From positions 1-12,823 of the forward strand of contig JABCSY010000110.1 of the NCBI GenBank assembly GCA_018238625.1: a stretch of DNA of 12,823 bases. The letters run 5' to 3'. This DNA is from Promethearchaeota archaeon. GTDB lineage: Archaea > Asgardarchaeota > Lokiarchaeia > Sigyniarchaeales > SOKP01. The notes beneath the pieces were generated by a model. The model searched no databases and was not told the DNA's origin. It was given only the letters and a program-made list of their open reading frames with translations. Of this stretch, positions 1 through 7,812 are shown in pieces. The translations under genes and the position numbers were made by a program. Position 1 is the stretch's first letter, and every line of letters starts with the position of its first letter.

Positions 1-1187
1 TCTATAGGTTCTGCGAAAGAAGTACCAGCAGCGTCAAGTATGGTTGGTGCTAAATCTAAATTACTCACAAGTTTGTCTAACTTTAATCCTGGAGGGATCA
101 CATCGGGATAGCGAATTAAAAATGGAACCCGGATCATTTCTTCGGGCATAAACGCATCCTTATCGAAATGACCTCCAAAACTAGCTACAGAATCACCATG
201 ATCAGAAGTCATTATGAGTAGCGTATTTTCTACCAATCCAAGGGCCTCTAATTTATCAAGAATTAAACCCATTGCTTCATCAATAAGTGTTTGTTGAGCA
301 TAGTTATAGGCTAAGATTTCTTGCCATATGTCCCAAGATAGAGGATTTGGTATAATTAATTTACCATCTTTACTAATGGGATAATCATTGTTAGATTTAT
401 AAATCTCCGGTTTATTCTTTAAATCGTCTCGAAAGCTTGGGAGTTCAGATATATCCTTAGGATCATATAAATCTACAAATTCGGGAGTAGCATAATAAGG
501 TTGATGAGGCCCCCAGAAATCAACCCTTAAATGAAAAGGAGTCTTATCTTCTGATTCAACAATTTCTTCTAATTTTTTACACGCTAAATGAGCTAGAAAA
601 AAGGCCTCGTGAGTCTCTTTTGGAGTAGTCATCGGACCCACAGCGTGTTCATAGGACGCAACAAAATTAGAACTATAAAGTTCACCTTCTTTTATGTTTA
701 ATGCTTTAGCATATGCTCCACTAGGGTCTAATAACGCGTGTTTAACTCGCACTTGAAAATGAGGTAAATTCTTCTTGTTTATATAATCTTTATATTCTGA
801 TTTAGTATATGGATTTCCATATCCTGTATAATTAAAGCCTTCGCAATAAAAATCATTTGCGGTACCCCTTCCAGCGTGCCACTTCCCTATATAATAATTA
901 TTATATCCGGCTCTCTTTAGTGTTTCTAAATATAATTCTCTATCATACTCATGCTTTGTATCGTTCTTTATTTCACCATGATTATGAGGAAAAAGACCAG
1001 TCAATATTGTACGCCTGGCAGGTCCGCATAAAGGACAAGCAGTATATGCTCGAGTAAATTCCACTCCCTCTCTTGCTATACGTTCAAAATTGGGTCGTAT
1101 AATCTTGGGACCTCCTACTTTTTCACCATGTCCAAAAAATGCGTGATGATCCCATAGAATATAGACAATATTTGGTTTTTTTACCAT
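1..1187 (-). CDS. Cys-type (formylglycine-dependent) sulfatase, arylsulfatase/choline-sulfatase-like; 3' end beyond the left edge
   Basis: Not in the ORF track; translated by hand from ATG at 1187. The frame stays open to the edge (395 codons). Sequence starts MVKKPNIVYILWDHH and contains AYTACPLCGPARRTILTG (CxPxR at 1014-1028), YIGKWH, FWGPHQPY, IMTSDHGD, GHFDK, RVPFLIRYP and VSNLDLAPTILD, all sulfatase-family motifs. An AAGGA SD-like sequence lies upstream. Confidence 0.93.
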   Translation of the reverse strand, partial: MVKKPNIVYILWDHHAFFGHGEKVGGPKIIRPNFERIAREGVEFTRAYTACPLCGPARRTILTGLFPHNHGEIKNDTKHEYDRELYLETLKRAGYNNYYIGKWHAGRGTANDFYCEGFNYTGYGNPYTKSEYKDYINKKNLPHFQVRVKHALLDPSGAYAKALNIKEGELYSSNFVASYEHAVGPMTTPKETHEAFFLAHLACKKLEEIVESEDKTPFHLRVDFWGPHQPYYATPEFVDLYDPKDISELPSFRDDLKNKPEIYKSNNDYPISKDGKLIIPNPLSWDIWQEILAYNYAQQTLIDEAMGLILDKLEALGLVENTLLIMTSDHGDSVASFGGHFDKDAFMPEEMIRVPFLIRYPDVIPPGLKLDKLVSNLDLAPTILDAAGTSFAEPI

Positions 1188-1226
1188 TTTTAAATTATTA
1201 ATCCTTTTTAATATCTATATTTTTTT

Positions 1227-2516
1227 TCATAGAAGTGTTTGAGTAAACATTTTTATCTTATCTTTAAAGATTTTTTCTGAAGTCATTCGTTTGTCTCCGA
1301 CATCTACATCAATTATAAGCATTGGAATCCCCACTTCGTCCCTTAATGCTTCCCTTAAAATTTGCGGAACGCTTCCAAATTGCTTACAACCTAAGTGAGA
1401 TGTAAAAATAAAACAATCTGCAGTAAATTCTTTTGCCAATCTCACGCAATCGTCAATAAAGGGATAAAAGAATTCTGTTGATTGCTTTATCATTGGAAGA
1501 CTCATACCTTTTTTAGCCATTCCGTAAAATAAAGTATCCAAATCAGATTTTGTATTGATAGGGTCAAAAAAGTTGTAATTAAAAATATCGAATAAAATGC
1601 TCATCCCCAATTCTCGATCTAAATATTCACATAACCCCAAATTGAAGAAAATAATCATGTACGGCCATATACTTCGTATTTTTTCTTCACCACCATGATG
1701 CTCTTTATTTTTATAGCGGAACTTAGCAATTTCAAGCATATCGCGATAAAACTCTAATTTTTCTTCGCGCCCTGACATAAAGGTCGCGGCAGCTGCGGAT
1801 AAAGCGTTAAACATGTTTTCTACGGGACAAGGAGTCGCTTTTTTTAATTCAAATATTTCAAGTTGGATTTTGTTCGTTTCATTTTCTAGTTCAATCTGTT
1901 TTCTCATTTTCTCATAATCAGGCACTTGACCAATTGCTTTACCTAATTCCTCTAAACTTAGCCTTAGTTGTTCTCCATAATAAGTATAGCTTTTTTCTTC
2001 CCAAAGGAACGGTAAATCGGGAGTTATTAAGGGAATATTTTTATGATACCTAAAAAAGGGATAAGAAGCGTAAGTGTTGTCGCACGGCGCGGTTGGCGTG
2101 ATAATTGCGTCAAATCTGAATAAATCGTCAAGTGTCATCCCCATTGTCCCTTTTTGGGAGGAGCATGTGTGGAAGGGATGTCCCCAGCTATTTATTAAAT
2201 CATAGTAGGGTTCAGAACCATCAGGTAATAATGCTGATATGAAATACGAGACCGCTTCAACACAAACGGGCACACAATCAAAGCAATAAAGATAATCTGA
2301 GGGAAAGGCAAAATGGTATCCAATTACAGGTAGCCCTTCTCCCGCTTTTTTGATGAAATCAGCCATTACTAAGTCGATATATTTTAATCCTATCTTCAAT
2401 GCCGGCATTCCATCTTCGGGAAGTATTTTATCAACCAACGCGTATGTAGTGGACACGGCTTGTTTTAACATCTTATAGGGAATTATTCTATTTTCTAATT
2501 TTGATTGATCAACCAT
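1227..2516 (-). CDS. 2-hydroxyacyl-CoA dehydratase / benzoyl-CoA reductase family subunit (HgdA/HadB/BcrB-like alpha type), paralog 2
   Basis: ORF track gives 1227..2534. Three putative [4Fe-4S] Cys ligands (HTCSSQKG, TAPCD, HLGCKQ) and the family C-terminus GIPMLIIDVDVGDKR...KDKIKMF. Starting at ATG 2516 gives 429 aa, gaplessly colinear with the neighbouring paralog, so I prefer that start; 2534 remains possible. Confidence 0.88.
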   Translation of the reverse strand: MVDQSKLENRIIPYKMLKQAVSTTYALVDKILPEDGMPALKIGLKYIDLVMADFIKKAGEGLPVIGYHFAFPSDYLYCFDCVPVCVEAVSYFISALLPDGSEPYYDLINSWGHPFHTCSSQKGTMGMTLDDLFRFDAIITPTAPCDNTYASYPFFRYHKNIPLITPDLPFLWEEKSYTYYGEQLRLSLEELGKAIGQVPDYEKMRKQIELENETNKIQLEIFELKKATPCPVENMFNALSAAAATFMSGREEKLEFYRDMLEIAKFRYKNKEHHGGEEKIRSIWPYMIIFFNLGLCEYLDRELGMSILFDIFNYNFFDPINTKSDLDTLFYGMAKKGMSLPMIKQSTEFFYPFIDDCVRLAKEFTADCFIFTSHLGCKQFGSVPQILREALRDEVGIPMLIIDVDVGDKRMTSEKIFKDKIKMFTQTLL

Positions 2517-2556
2517 AGTTATACCATTTTTCATTTAATTATAATAATAATAAATA

Positions 2557-3846
2557 TTACATGAGCGTTTGTACAAACATAGTTATTTTATCTTTAAAAG
2601 CTTTCAAAGAGGTCATTCGAGCATCTCCTACGTCGAAATCAATTATTAACATAGGAATTCCTACTTCATCGTGAAGAGCTTCTCTTAAAAGTTGTGGGAC
2701 AGCGCCAAATTGTTTACACGCAATACTTTGAGTGTAAATAAAGCAGTCTGCGCTAAAATCTTTAGCCATTCTGATACAATCGTCTAAGAAGGGATAATAG
2801 AATTCCGAAGATTGCTTTACCATCGGCCATCCCATAGCCTTCCTTGCCATTCCGTAAAATAGTGAATTCAAATCAGATTTTGTGTCAATTAAATCTGATA
2901 GATTATAGTTAAAAATATCTAACAAAATGCTCATACCCAATTCGCGATCTAACCATTCACATAAAGAAATATCGAAAAATGTGAGCATATAAGGCCAGAT
3001 GGACCTAACTTTTTCTTCACCTCCATGATGCTCCTTGTTTTTATACCTATTTTTTGCGAGTCCCAACATTCTTTGGTAAAAAGAGAGGTTTTCAGATGTT
3101 CCCGAAATAAATATAGTTGCTGCAGCTGAAATGGGATTAAACATGTTCTCGATTGGGCTCGGAACAGCCTTAATTAAATCAAATAATTCCATTTTTAATT
3201 TTGTTACATCGTTCTCTAATTCCAAAGCGATTCTCATTTTCCCGTAATCGGGTTCTTGACCAATAACTTTACCTAATTCCTCTAAACTTAGCTTTAATTG
3301 TTCTCCATAGTACTTGTAACTTTTTTCCTCGTGAAGAAAAGGCATGTCAGCAATGATTAAAGGATACTTTTTTTGTAATTTAAAAAAAGGGTAAGAGGCG
3401 CATGTGGAGTCACAGGGCGCTGTTGGAGTGATAATCGCGTCAAATTTAAATAAATCTTCCAAACTCATCCCCATCACACCTTTTTGGGCGGAACATGTAT
3501 GAAAAGGGTGCCCCCAATTACCTATTAAATCGTAGTAGGTCTCGACACCGCTTAAAAGTAAAGCACCAAGAAAAAACGAAACCCCTTCAATACAAATTGG
3601 GACGCAATCAAAACATTTTAAGTATTCTGGCTGAAATGCAAAGTGGTATCCCACTATTGGTAATCCTTCTCTTGCTTTTTCGATGTCTTTACGAACCACA
3701 GACAAAACTTCTTCTAATCCAATTCTTAACGAAGGAAGTCCACTATCAGGTAATATCTTATCGATTAATTCATGAGTAGTTGACATCGAATTTAATAACA
3801 TCTGATATGGAATAATCCTATTTCCCATCTCTGTTTTATTAGACAT
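2557..3846 (-). CDS. 2-hydroxyacyl-CoA dehydratase / benzoyl-CoA reductase family subunit (alpha type), paralog 1
   Basis: 429 aa with HTCSAQKG, TAPCD, SIACKQ and GIPMLIIDFDVGDAR motifs. About 67% identical to the downstream paralog (hand count 289/429). Confidence 0.88.
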   Translation of the reverse strand: MSNKTEMGNRIIPYQMLLNSMSTTHELIDKILPDSGLPSLRIGLEEVLSVVRKDIEKAREGLPIVGYHFAFQPEYLKCFDCVPICIEGVSFFLGALLLSGVETYYDLIGNWGHPFHTCSAQKGVMGMSLEDLFKFDAIITPTAPCDSTCASYPFFKLQKKYPLIIADMPFLHEEKSYKYYGEQLKLSLEELGKVIGQEPDYGKMRIALELENDVTKLKMELFDLIKAVPSPIENMFNPISAAATIFISGTSENLSFYQRMLGLAKNRYKNKEHHGGEEKVRSIWPYMLTFFDISLCEWLDRELGMSILLDIFNYNLSDLIDTKSDLNSLFYGMARKAMGWPMVKQSSEFYYPFLDDCIRMAKDFSADCFIYTQSIACKQFGAVPQLLREALHDEVGIPMLIIDFDVGDARMTSLKAFKDKITMFVQTLM

Positions 3847-3892
3847 ATTTTTTATCCAAATTAAATCAGTAAGCTTTTTCCAAATTTTAATA

Positions 3893-5044
3893 CTATTTTA
3901 TCATTTCTAAAAAGGCTTCTATACGCGTTTGAAGTCTCGTTGTGTCTGCTTGGTAGAATTCTCGATCGAGGTCCAAAACTGGGATCTCCAAATCCTTTAG
4001 CCTATGTGAATGGAGCATGTTATCACATCCCGCTAGATCACAGTTGTTTATTCTCTGTAAGATAACGCCATCAATATTGGCTCTGTCAATTTCATTTCTT
4101 AGAAAATCAAATCGCCTTTCATAATCATCCATCATTCTAGGGCAAGAAAGTCTGTAATATAAGCGCTTTGAGATATTTTTTAAAGGGTTACTTCCATCAC
4201 CTATATGTACATCATCTAAAAAATTGCGAGATCCAAAGCATAAAGAATCAGACACTATTAAGGCTCCAGAATCTTCAATTAATCTAGTAAAATCAGTACT
4301 ATCTACTTCACTTCCAACGAGCATTATTCGTTTAATGTTCGATTTAATTCCTTCAGACTCTTTTAAGAATTTGAGAATTCTTTCTAATTCCTGGTTCGCA
4401 AATTCTTTAGGAATTGAGCTATTTGACATCGAAATTTGTAAAGCTTCACTTCCCGTAATTTTTGGCGTATCAATAATTCTTAGTTCATGGATTTTTCGCA
4501 AAAGATCACGATTGTGATTGTATATCTTTATCGAATTATGTAAATCTTGATCAGCTATAATTTGGTGAGTATAAGCTTCTTCTAATTCTTCTTTAAATTC
4601 TTCTATTTCTTTATGGTACCATTCAAAACCTTCATCTGTTATGATGTGAGGCATAGCAATATAAAACCTCGGAACCTTCTTTTCAAAACCTTCTCTTTTG
4701 AACACCTTTAAATCGAAGAGTTCGAACATTCGTCGAGTGTGATCGCACGAATTACAAATAAAAAGACCATCTAAGAAATCATAGCCTCCTCTTAAAGCTA
4801 AATCTAGAGTTGCTCGGACAAATGAGCACGTAAACCTTACCATGTATATGTCAGCTAAATCCGTGTCTTTATTTCCAGTTGCTCGAATTCTGAAAGGTAA
4901 TAAATTTGCTGCGTGCAGCAATTCTTCAGGAATGTAAGTACAATAATGACCAACTACCTTTTTATTCTTTTCTTGCCACCCCTTAACATAAGAGTTCATA
5001 ATTGAATTCGAAATATTAAGAAAAGGATCGTTATTTAGATTCAT
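3893..5044 (-). CDS. 2-hydroxyacyl-CoA dehydratase / benzoyl-CoA reductase family subunit (HgdB/HadC/BcrC-like beta type)
   Basis: 383 aa with KKVVGHYCTYIPEELLHAA, FTCSFVR, ICNSCDH, LCFGSR, SCPRM, NNCD and IPVLDLDREF...RLQTRIEAFLEMI, typical of the HGD-D family. Its ATG overlaps the upstream TGA (ATGA at 5041-5044). Confidence 0.92.
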   Translation of the reverse strand: MNLNNDPFLNISNSIMNSYVKGWQEKNKKVVGHYCTYIPEELLHAANLLPFRIRATGNKDTDLADIYMVRFTCSFVRATLDLALRGGYDFLDGLFICNSCDHTRRMFELFDLKVFKREGFEKKVPRFYIAMPHIITDEGFEWYHKEIEEFKEELEEAYTHQIIADQDLHNSIKIYNHNRDLLRKIHELRIIDTPKITGSEALQISMSNSSIPKEFANQELERILKFLKESEGIKSNIKRIMLVGSEVDSTDFTRLIEDSGALIVSDSLCFGSRNFLDDVHIGDGSNPLKNISKRLYYRLSCPRMMDDYERRFDFLRNEIDRANIDGVILQRINNCDLAGCDNMLHSHRLKDLEIPVLDLDREFYQADTTRLQTRIEAFLEMIK

Positions 5045-5544
5045 GATAATAAATCTCCCTTACTTTTTTTATAAACTTCATTCTTACCAATCATCAGGCA
5101 CCTTACTAGTTTTATGGCAGCCACATAGGACCCTTTAATTTTAATTTTTCTGGGAATTAGATACTTTAGAAGTTTCATTAGTCCAAAAATATTATTTTTA
5201 GAACGAATAATACTGCTTAACACGCTAATTATTTTTTCTTCTTCTACATTTACTATAAGTCGTGCAACAGGTTTATTAGCTTTCTCCACGCGACAATTAA
5301 AATTCTGTCTATCAGATGTAAGCATAAAAGTAATATATCCGTCTAATTCGACTAGATACATTTCTATTTCTTCACCCTCCCATTTCCCTATTTTTTTATA
5401 AGGCTCGTCTAGGCCAAACAAGTCCACCAACATCTTTGCCAATCGAGCGATATTAAGCACTTTTGTTTCCCTAACCAAATTTTCTGCTTTAAAATCCCTA
5501 CTAGTTTTCTTTAGATTATCAATTTGATTAATAGTAGCCACCAA
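5041..5544 (-). CDS. Hypothetical protein, probable SCP2 (sterol carrier protein 2)-like lipid/acyl-CoA-binding fold
   Basis: 167-aa ORF with a TTG start (the next codon, GTG at 5541, is an alternative). The 4-bp overlap with the next gene supports that it is real. C-terminal KYLIPRKIKIKGSYVAAIKL and KPVARLIV resemble the SCP2 pattern (GKxKIxGxxxxAxKL). The fold call is inference. Confidence 0.6.
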   Translation of the reverse strand: MVATINQIDNLKKTSRDFKAENLVRETKVLNIARLAKMLVDLFGLDEPYKKIGKWEGEEIEMYLVELDGYITFMLTSDRQNFNCRVEKANKPVARLIVNVEEEKIISVLSSIIRSKNNIFGLMKLLKYLIPRKIKIKGSYVAAIKLVRCLMIGKNEVYKKSKGDLLS

Positions 5545-5565
5545 ATTTTAATTATTTGAAGCAAT

Positions 5566-5573
5566 TATATAAA
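5566..5573 (-). promoter_or_regulatory. Putative archaeal TATA box (TTTATATA) for the dehydratase/sulfatase operon
   Basis: The minus strand reads CTTTATATAA, centred about 26 nt upstream of TTG 5544, which fits a leaderless or near-leaderless archaeal transcript. The AT-rich background lowers specificity. Confidence 0.55.
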
Positions 5574-5718
5574 GATTATATTAGTTAGATTAGTTAATAA
5601 AGTTAAAGCTTTTATTAATTATTTGGAGAGTTTTATGCTAATATTCTTATTAAACAAGTGTTTTCAGAACTTAGACTTTAAAGGGATTAAAGTGGGCAAA
5701 TTGCTTTCCTTCTTATAG

Positions 5719-5732
5719 GAAAAGTTTAATAA
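5719..5732 (+). promoter_or_regulatory. Putative BRE + TATA promoter for the aconitase gene
   Basis: GAAAAG followed directly by TTTAATAA, a purine-rich BRE abutting a TATA-like box, about 110-125 nt upstream of the ATG at 5845. Confidence 0.45.
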
Positions 5733-5844
5733 CATTTTAATTTTCAATATCTTGTATCTATTTTGTTCATAAATAGATTAAATTAAGGCATTCAATGAAA
5801 TACTAAATTAAATAATAATAAAATATCAATATTGGTTGAAAGTT

Positions 5845-7767
5845 ATGGGAAAAACTTTAACTGAAAAAATCTTAGAACAACACTTGGTTAACGGAAAATC
5901 AGAACGAGGGTCTGATATTAGCATAAAAATCGATCAGACATTAACTCAAGATGCTACTGGTACAATGGCATATTTGCAATTTGAAGCGATTGGTATTCCA
6001 CGCATTCAAACAGAACTATCAGTTAGTTATGTAGATCACAATACATTACAAACTGATTTTAAAAATCCTGACGATCATAGATATCTACAAAGTATCGCTG
6101 CGAAATATGGACTTTATTTTTCCAGACCTGGTAATGGTATATGCCACCAACTTCATTTAGAGAGGTTTGCTCGACCTGGAAAAACTTTACTTGGTTCGGA
6201 TAGTCATACTCCAACTGGTGGCGGTGTAGGAATGATTGCGATTGGGGCAGGAGGTCTCGACGTAGCAGCGGCAATGGCAGGTGAGGCTTTTCACCTAAAG
6301 ATGCCAAATGTTATTAATGTACACCTTACTGGGAATCTTCCTGACTTTGTATCTGCTAAAGACGTTATATTGGAAGTATTAAGACGTATTGGCGTTAAAG
6401 GGGCAGTTAATAAGGTATTGGAATACACCGGCCCAGGTGTTAAGACTCTAAGTGTACCTGAACGAGGTACAATAACCAACATGGGAACTGAAACGGGAGC
6501 CACGTCCTCAATATTTCCCTCTGACGAGATTACAAAAGAATTTTTAATTGCTCAAGAAAGAGGTGAACAATGGGTCGCCATTGCACCAGACGAAGATGCT
6601 GTATACGACGAAACCATAGAAATAAATCTGAGCGAACTCGTTCCTCTTGTGTCCCTACCTCATAGTCCAGGAAATGTAAAAACTGTAAAAGAAGTTGAAG
6701 GATTAAATGTTGATCAAGTTTGCATTGGGAGTTGTACGAACTCAACTTTACGAGATCTTAAAATTTCTGCTAACATATTAAAGGGAAAAACTATTAGCGA
6801 ACATACGGTTCTAACTGTCTCACCTGGTTCTCGTCAAGTTGTCAACCACATGATTAAATCTGGTGAGATGTCATATTTAATTGAAGCGGGAGCAAGAATT
6901 CTCGAAAACGCATGTGGTCCTTGTATTGGTATGGGGTTGTCGCCAAAAACCGATGCTGTTACGTTAAGAACATTCAATAGAAATTTTCTTGGAAGATCTG
7001 GCACAAAAAGCGCTCAAGCTTACCTTGTAAGCCCTGAAACTGCAGCTGTATCTGCGATTAGTGGAAAGATTACAGACCCAAGAACATTTGGAGCATTACC
7101 AAAAATAGATATGCCCAAAAAGTTTATGGTCAATGATAACATGATTATTCCACCAATGGAAGGCAAAGAGTCCATTGAGATCGTTAGAGGGCCGAATATC
7201 AAACCTTTACCGGAATTCAATCCTTTACCAGACAAATTAAAAGGTGAAGTTCTTCTTAAAGTCGAAGATGATATTACCACTGACCATATAATGCCAGCAG
7301 GTGCCAAAATCTTACCTTTGCGGTCAAATATTCCGGAGATAAGCAAGTTTGTGTTTAACCTTGTTGATCCAACATTTCCAGATAGGTCGTTAGAAAAGCA
7401 AGGAGGTTTTATAGTTGGAGGAGATAACTACGGTCAAGGTTCCAGTAGAGAACACGCTGCCATCGCACCTAAATATCTTGGTCTTAAAGCGGTCATAGTA
7501 AAATCGTTTGCGAGAATTCATTTAGCTAACCTCGTCAACTTTGGAATTGTTCCGTTAACGTTTGAAAACAAAGAGGATTACGCTAAAGTTGAACAAGGAG
7601 ATGAGTTTGAAATCGATCTAACCACAATAGAATCGGGAAAAGTGGCGTTAAAAAACCTTACTAAAGGTACTGAAATACAATTGACTCATTCTTTGAGCGA
7701 AACTGAGCTCAAAGTTTTAAAAGCGGGAGGAAAACTTCCTTTTATTAAGCAAAAACACGTTAATTAG
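5845..7767 (+). CDS. acn: Aconitate hydratase, single-chain ~640-aa type with fused C-terminal swivel domain
   Basis: Motifs TQDATG, VDHN, GNGICHQ, GSDSHT, IGSCTN, ACGPCIG ([4Fe-4S] Cys), RNFLGR, TTDHIMPAG, NYGQGSSREHAA and KSFARIHLANL. The track starts at TTG 5836; ATG 5845 (MGKTLTEKIL, preceded by GGTTGA) is more likely. Exact substrate not determined. Confidence 0.93.
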   Translation: MGKTLTEKILEQHLVNGKSERGSDISIKIDQTLTQDATGTMAYLQFEAIGIPRIQTELSVSYVDHNTLQTDFKNPDDHRYLQSIAAKYGLYFSRPGNGICHQLHLERFARPGKTLLGSDSHTPTGGGVGMIAIGAGGLDVAAAMAGEAFHLKMPNVINVHLTGNLPDFVSAKDVILEVLRRIGVKGAVNKVLEYTGPGVKTLSVPERGTITNMGTETGATSSIFPSDEITKEFLIAQERGEQWVAIAPDEDAVYDETIEINLSELVPLVSLPHSPGNVKTVKEVEGLNVDQVCIGSCTNSTLRDLKISANILKGKTISEHTVLTVSPGSRQVVNHMIKSGEMSYLIEAGARILENACGPCIGMGLSPKTDAVTLRTFNRNFLGRSGTKSAQAYLVSPETAAVSAISGKITDPRTFGALPKIDMPKKFMVNDNMIIPPMEGKESIEIVRGPNIKPLPEFNPLPDKLKGEVLLKVEDDITTDHIMPAGAKILPLRSNIPEISKFVFNLVDPTFPDRSLEKQGGFIVGGDNYGQGSSREHAAIAPKYLGLKAVIVKSFARIHLANLVNFGIVPLTFENKEDYAKVEQGDEFEIDLTTIESGKVALKNLTKGTEIQLTHSLSETELKVLKAGGKLPFIKQKHVN

Positions 7768-7776
7768 ATTAATTTA

Positions 7777-7786
7777 TTTTTTTTTT
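7777..7786 (+). terminator. Oligo-T (T10) archaeal-type terminator after aconitase
   Basis: Run of 10 T starting 10 nt after the TAG stop. Confidence 0.5.
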
Positions 7787-7812
7787 AATTATTTCATTTT
7801 TTAGGTACTATT

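Larger units (their letters stand above)
1227..3846 (-). repeat. Tandem gene duplication with 1330-bp period
   Basis: The two stop codons (1227, 2557) and the two starts (2516, 3846) are each 1330 bp apart. An identical 26-mer, CTTTACCTAATTCCTCTAAACTTAGC, occurs at 1937-1962 and 3267-3292. Confidence 0.9.

Noticed and set aside
857-1057. 66-aa plus-strand ORF in the track
   Set aside because: Antisense to the clearly motif-bearing sulfatase; shadow ORF.
1212-1229. Possible selenocysteine readthrough at the TGA ending the alpha paralog (and Pyl readthrough at the TAG at 3893)
   Set aside because: The TGA aligns exactly with the paralog's TAA stop, and in-frame stops follow within a few codons in both cases.
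3495-4517. Plus-strand ORFs 3495..3779 and 4224..4517
   Set aside because: Antisense to the dehydratase subunits, with no motifs.
5705-5722. Hairpin TTTCCT-N6-AGGAAA as a riboswitch, IRE or ncRNA element
   Set aside because: Only a 6-bp stem overlapping the putative BRE, with no recognisable RNA motif.
6059-7346. Four short minus-strand ORFs within the aconitase gene
   Set aside because: Antisense shadows of a highly conserved gene.
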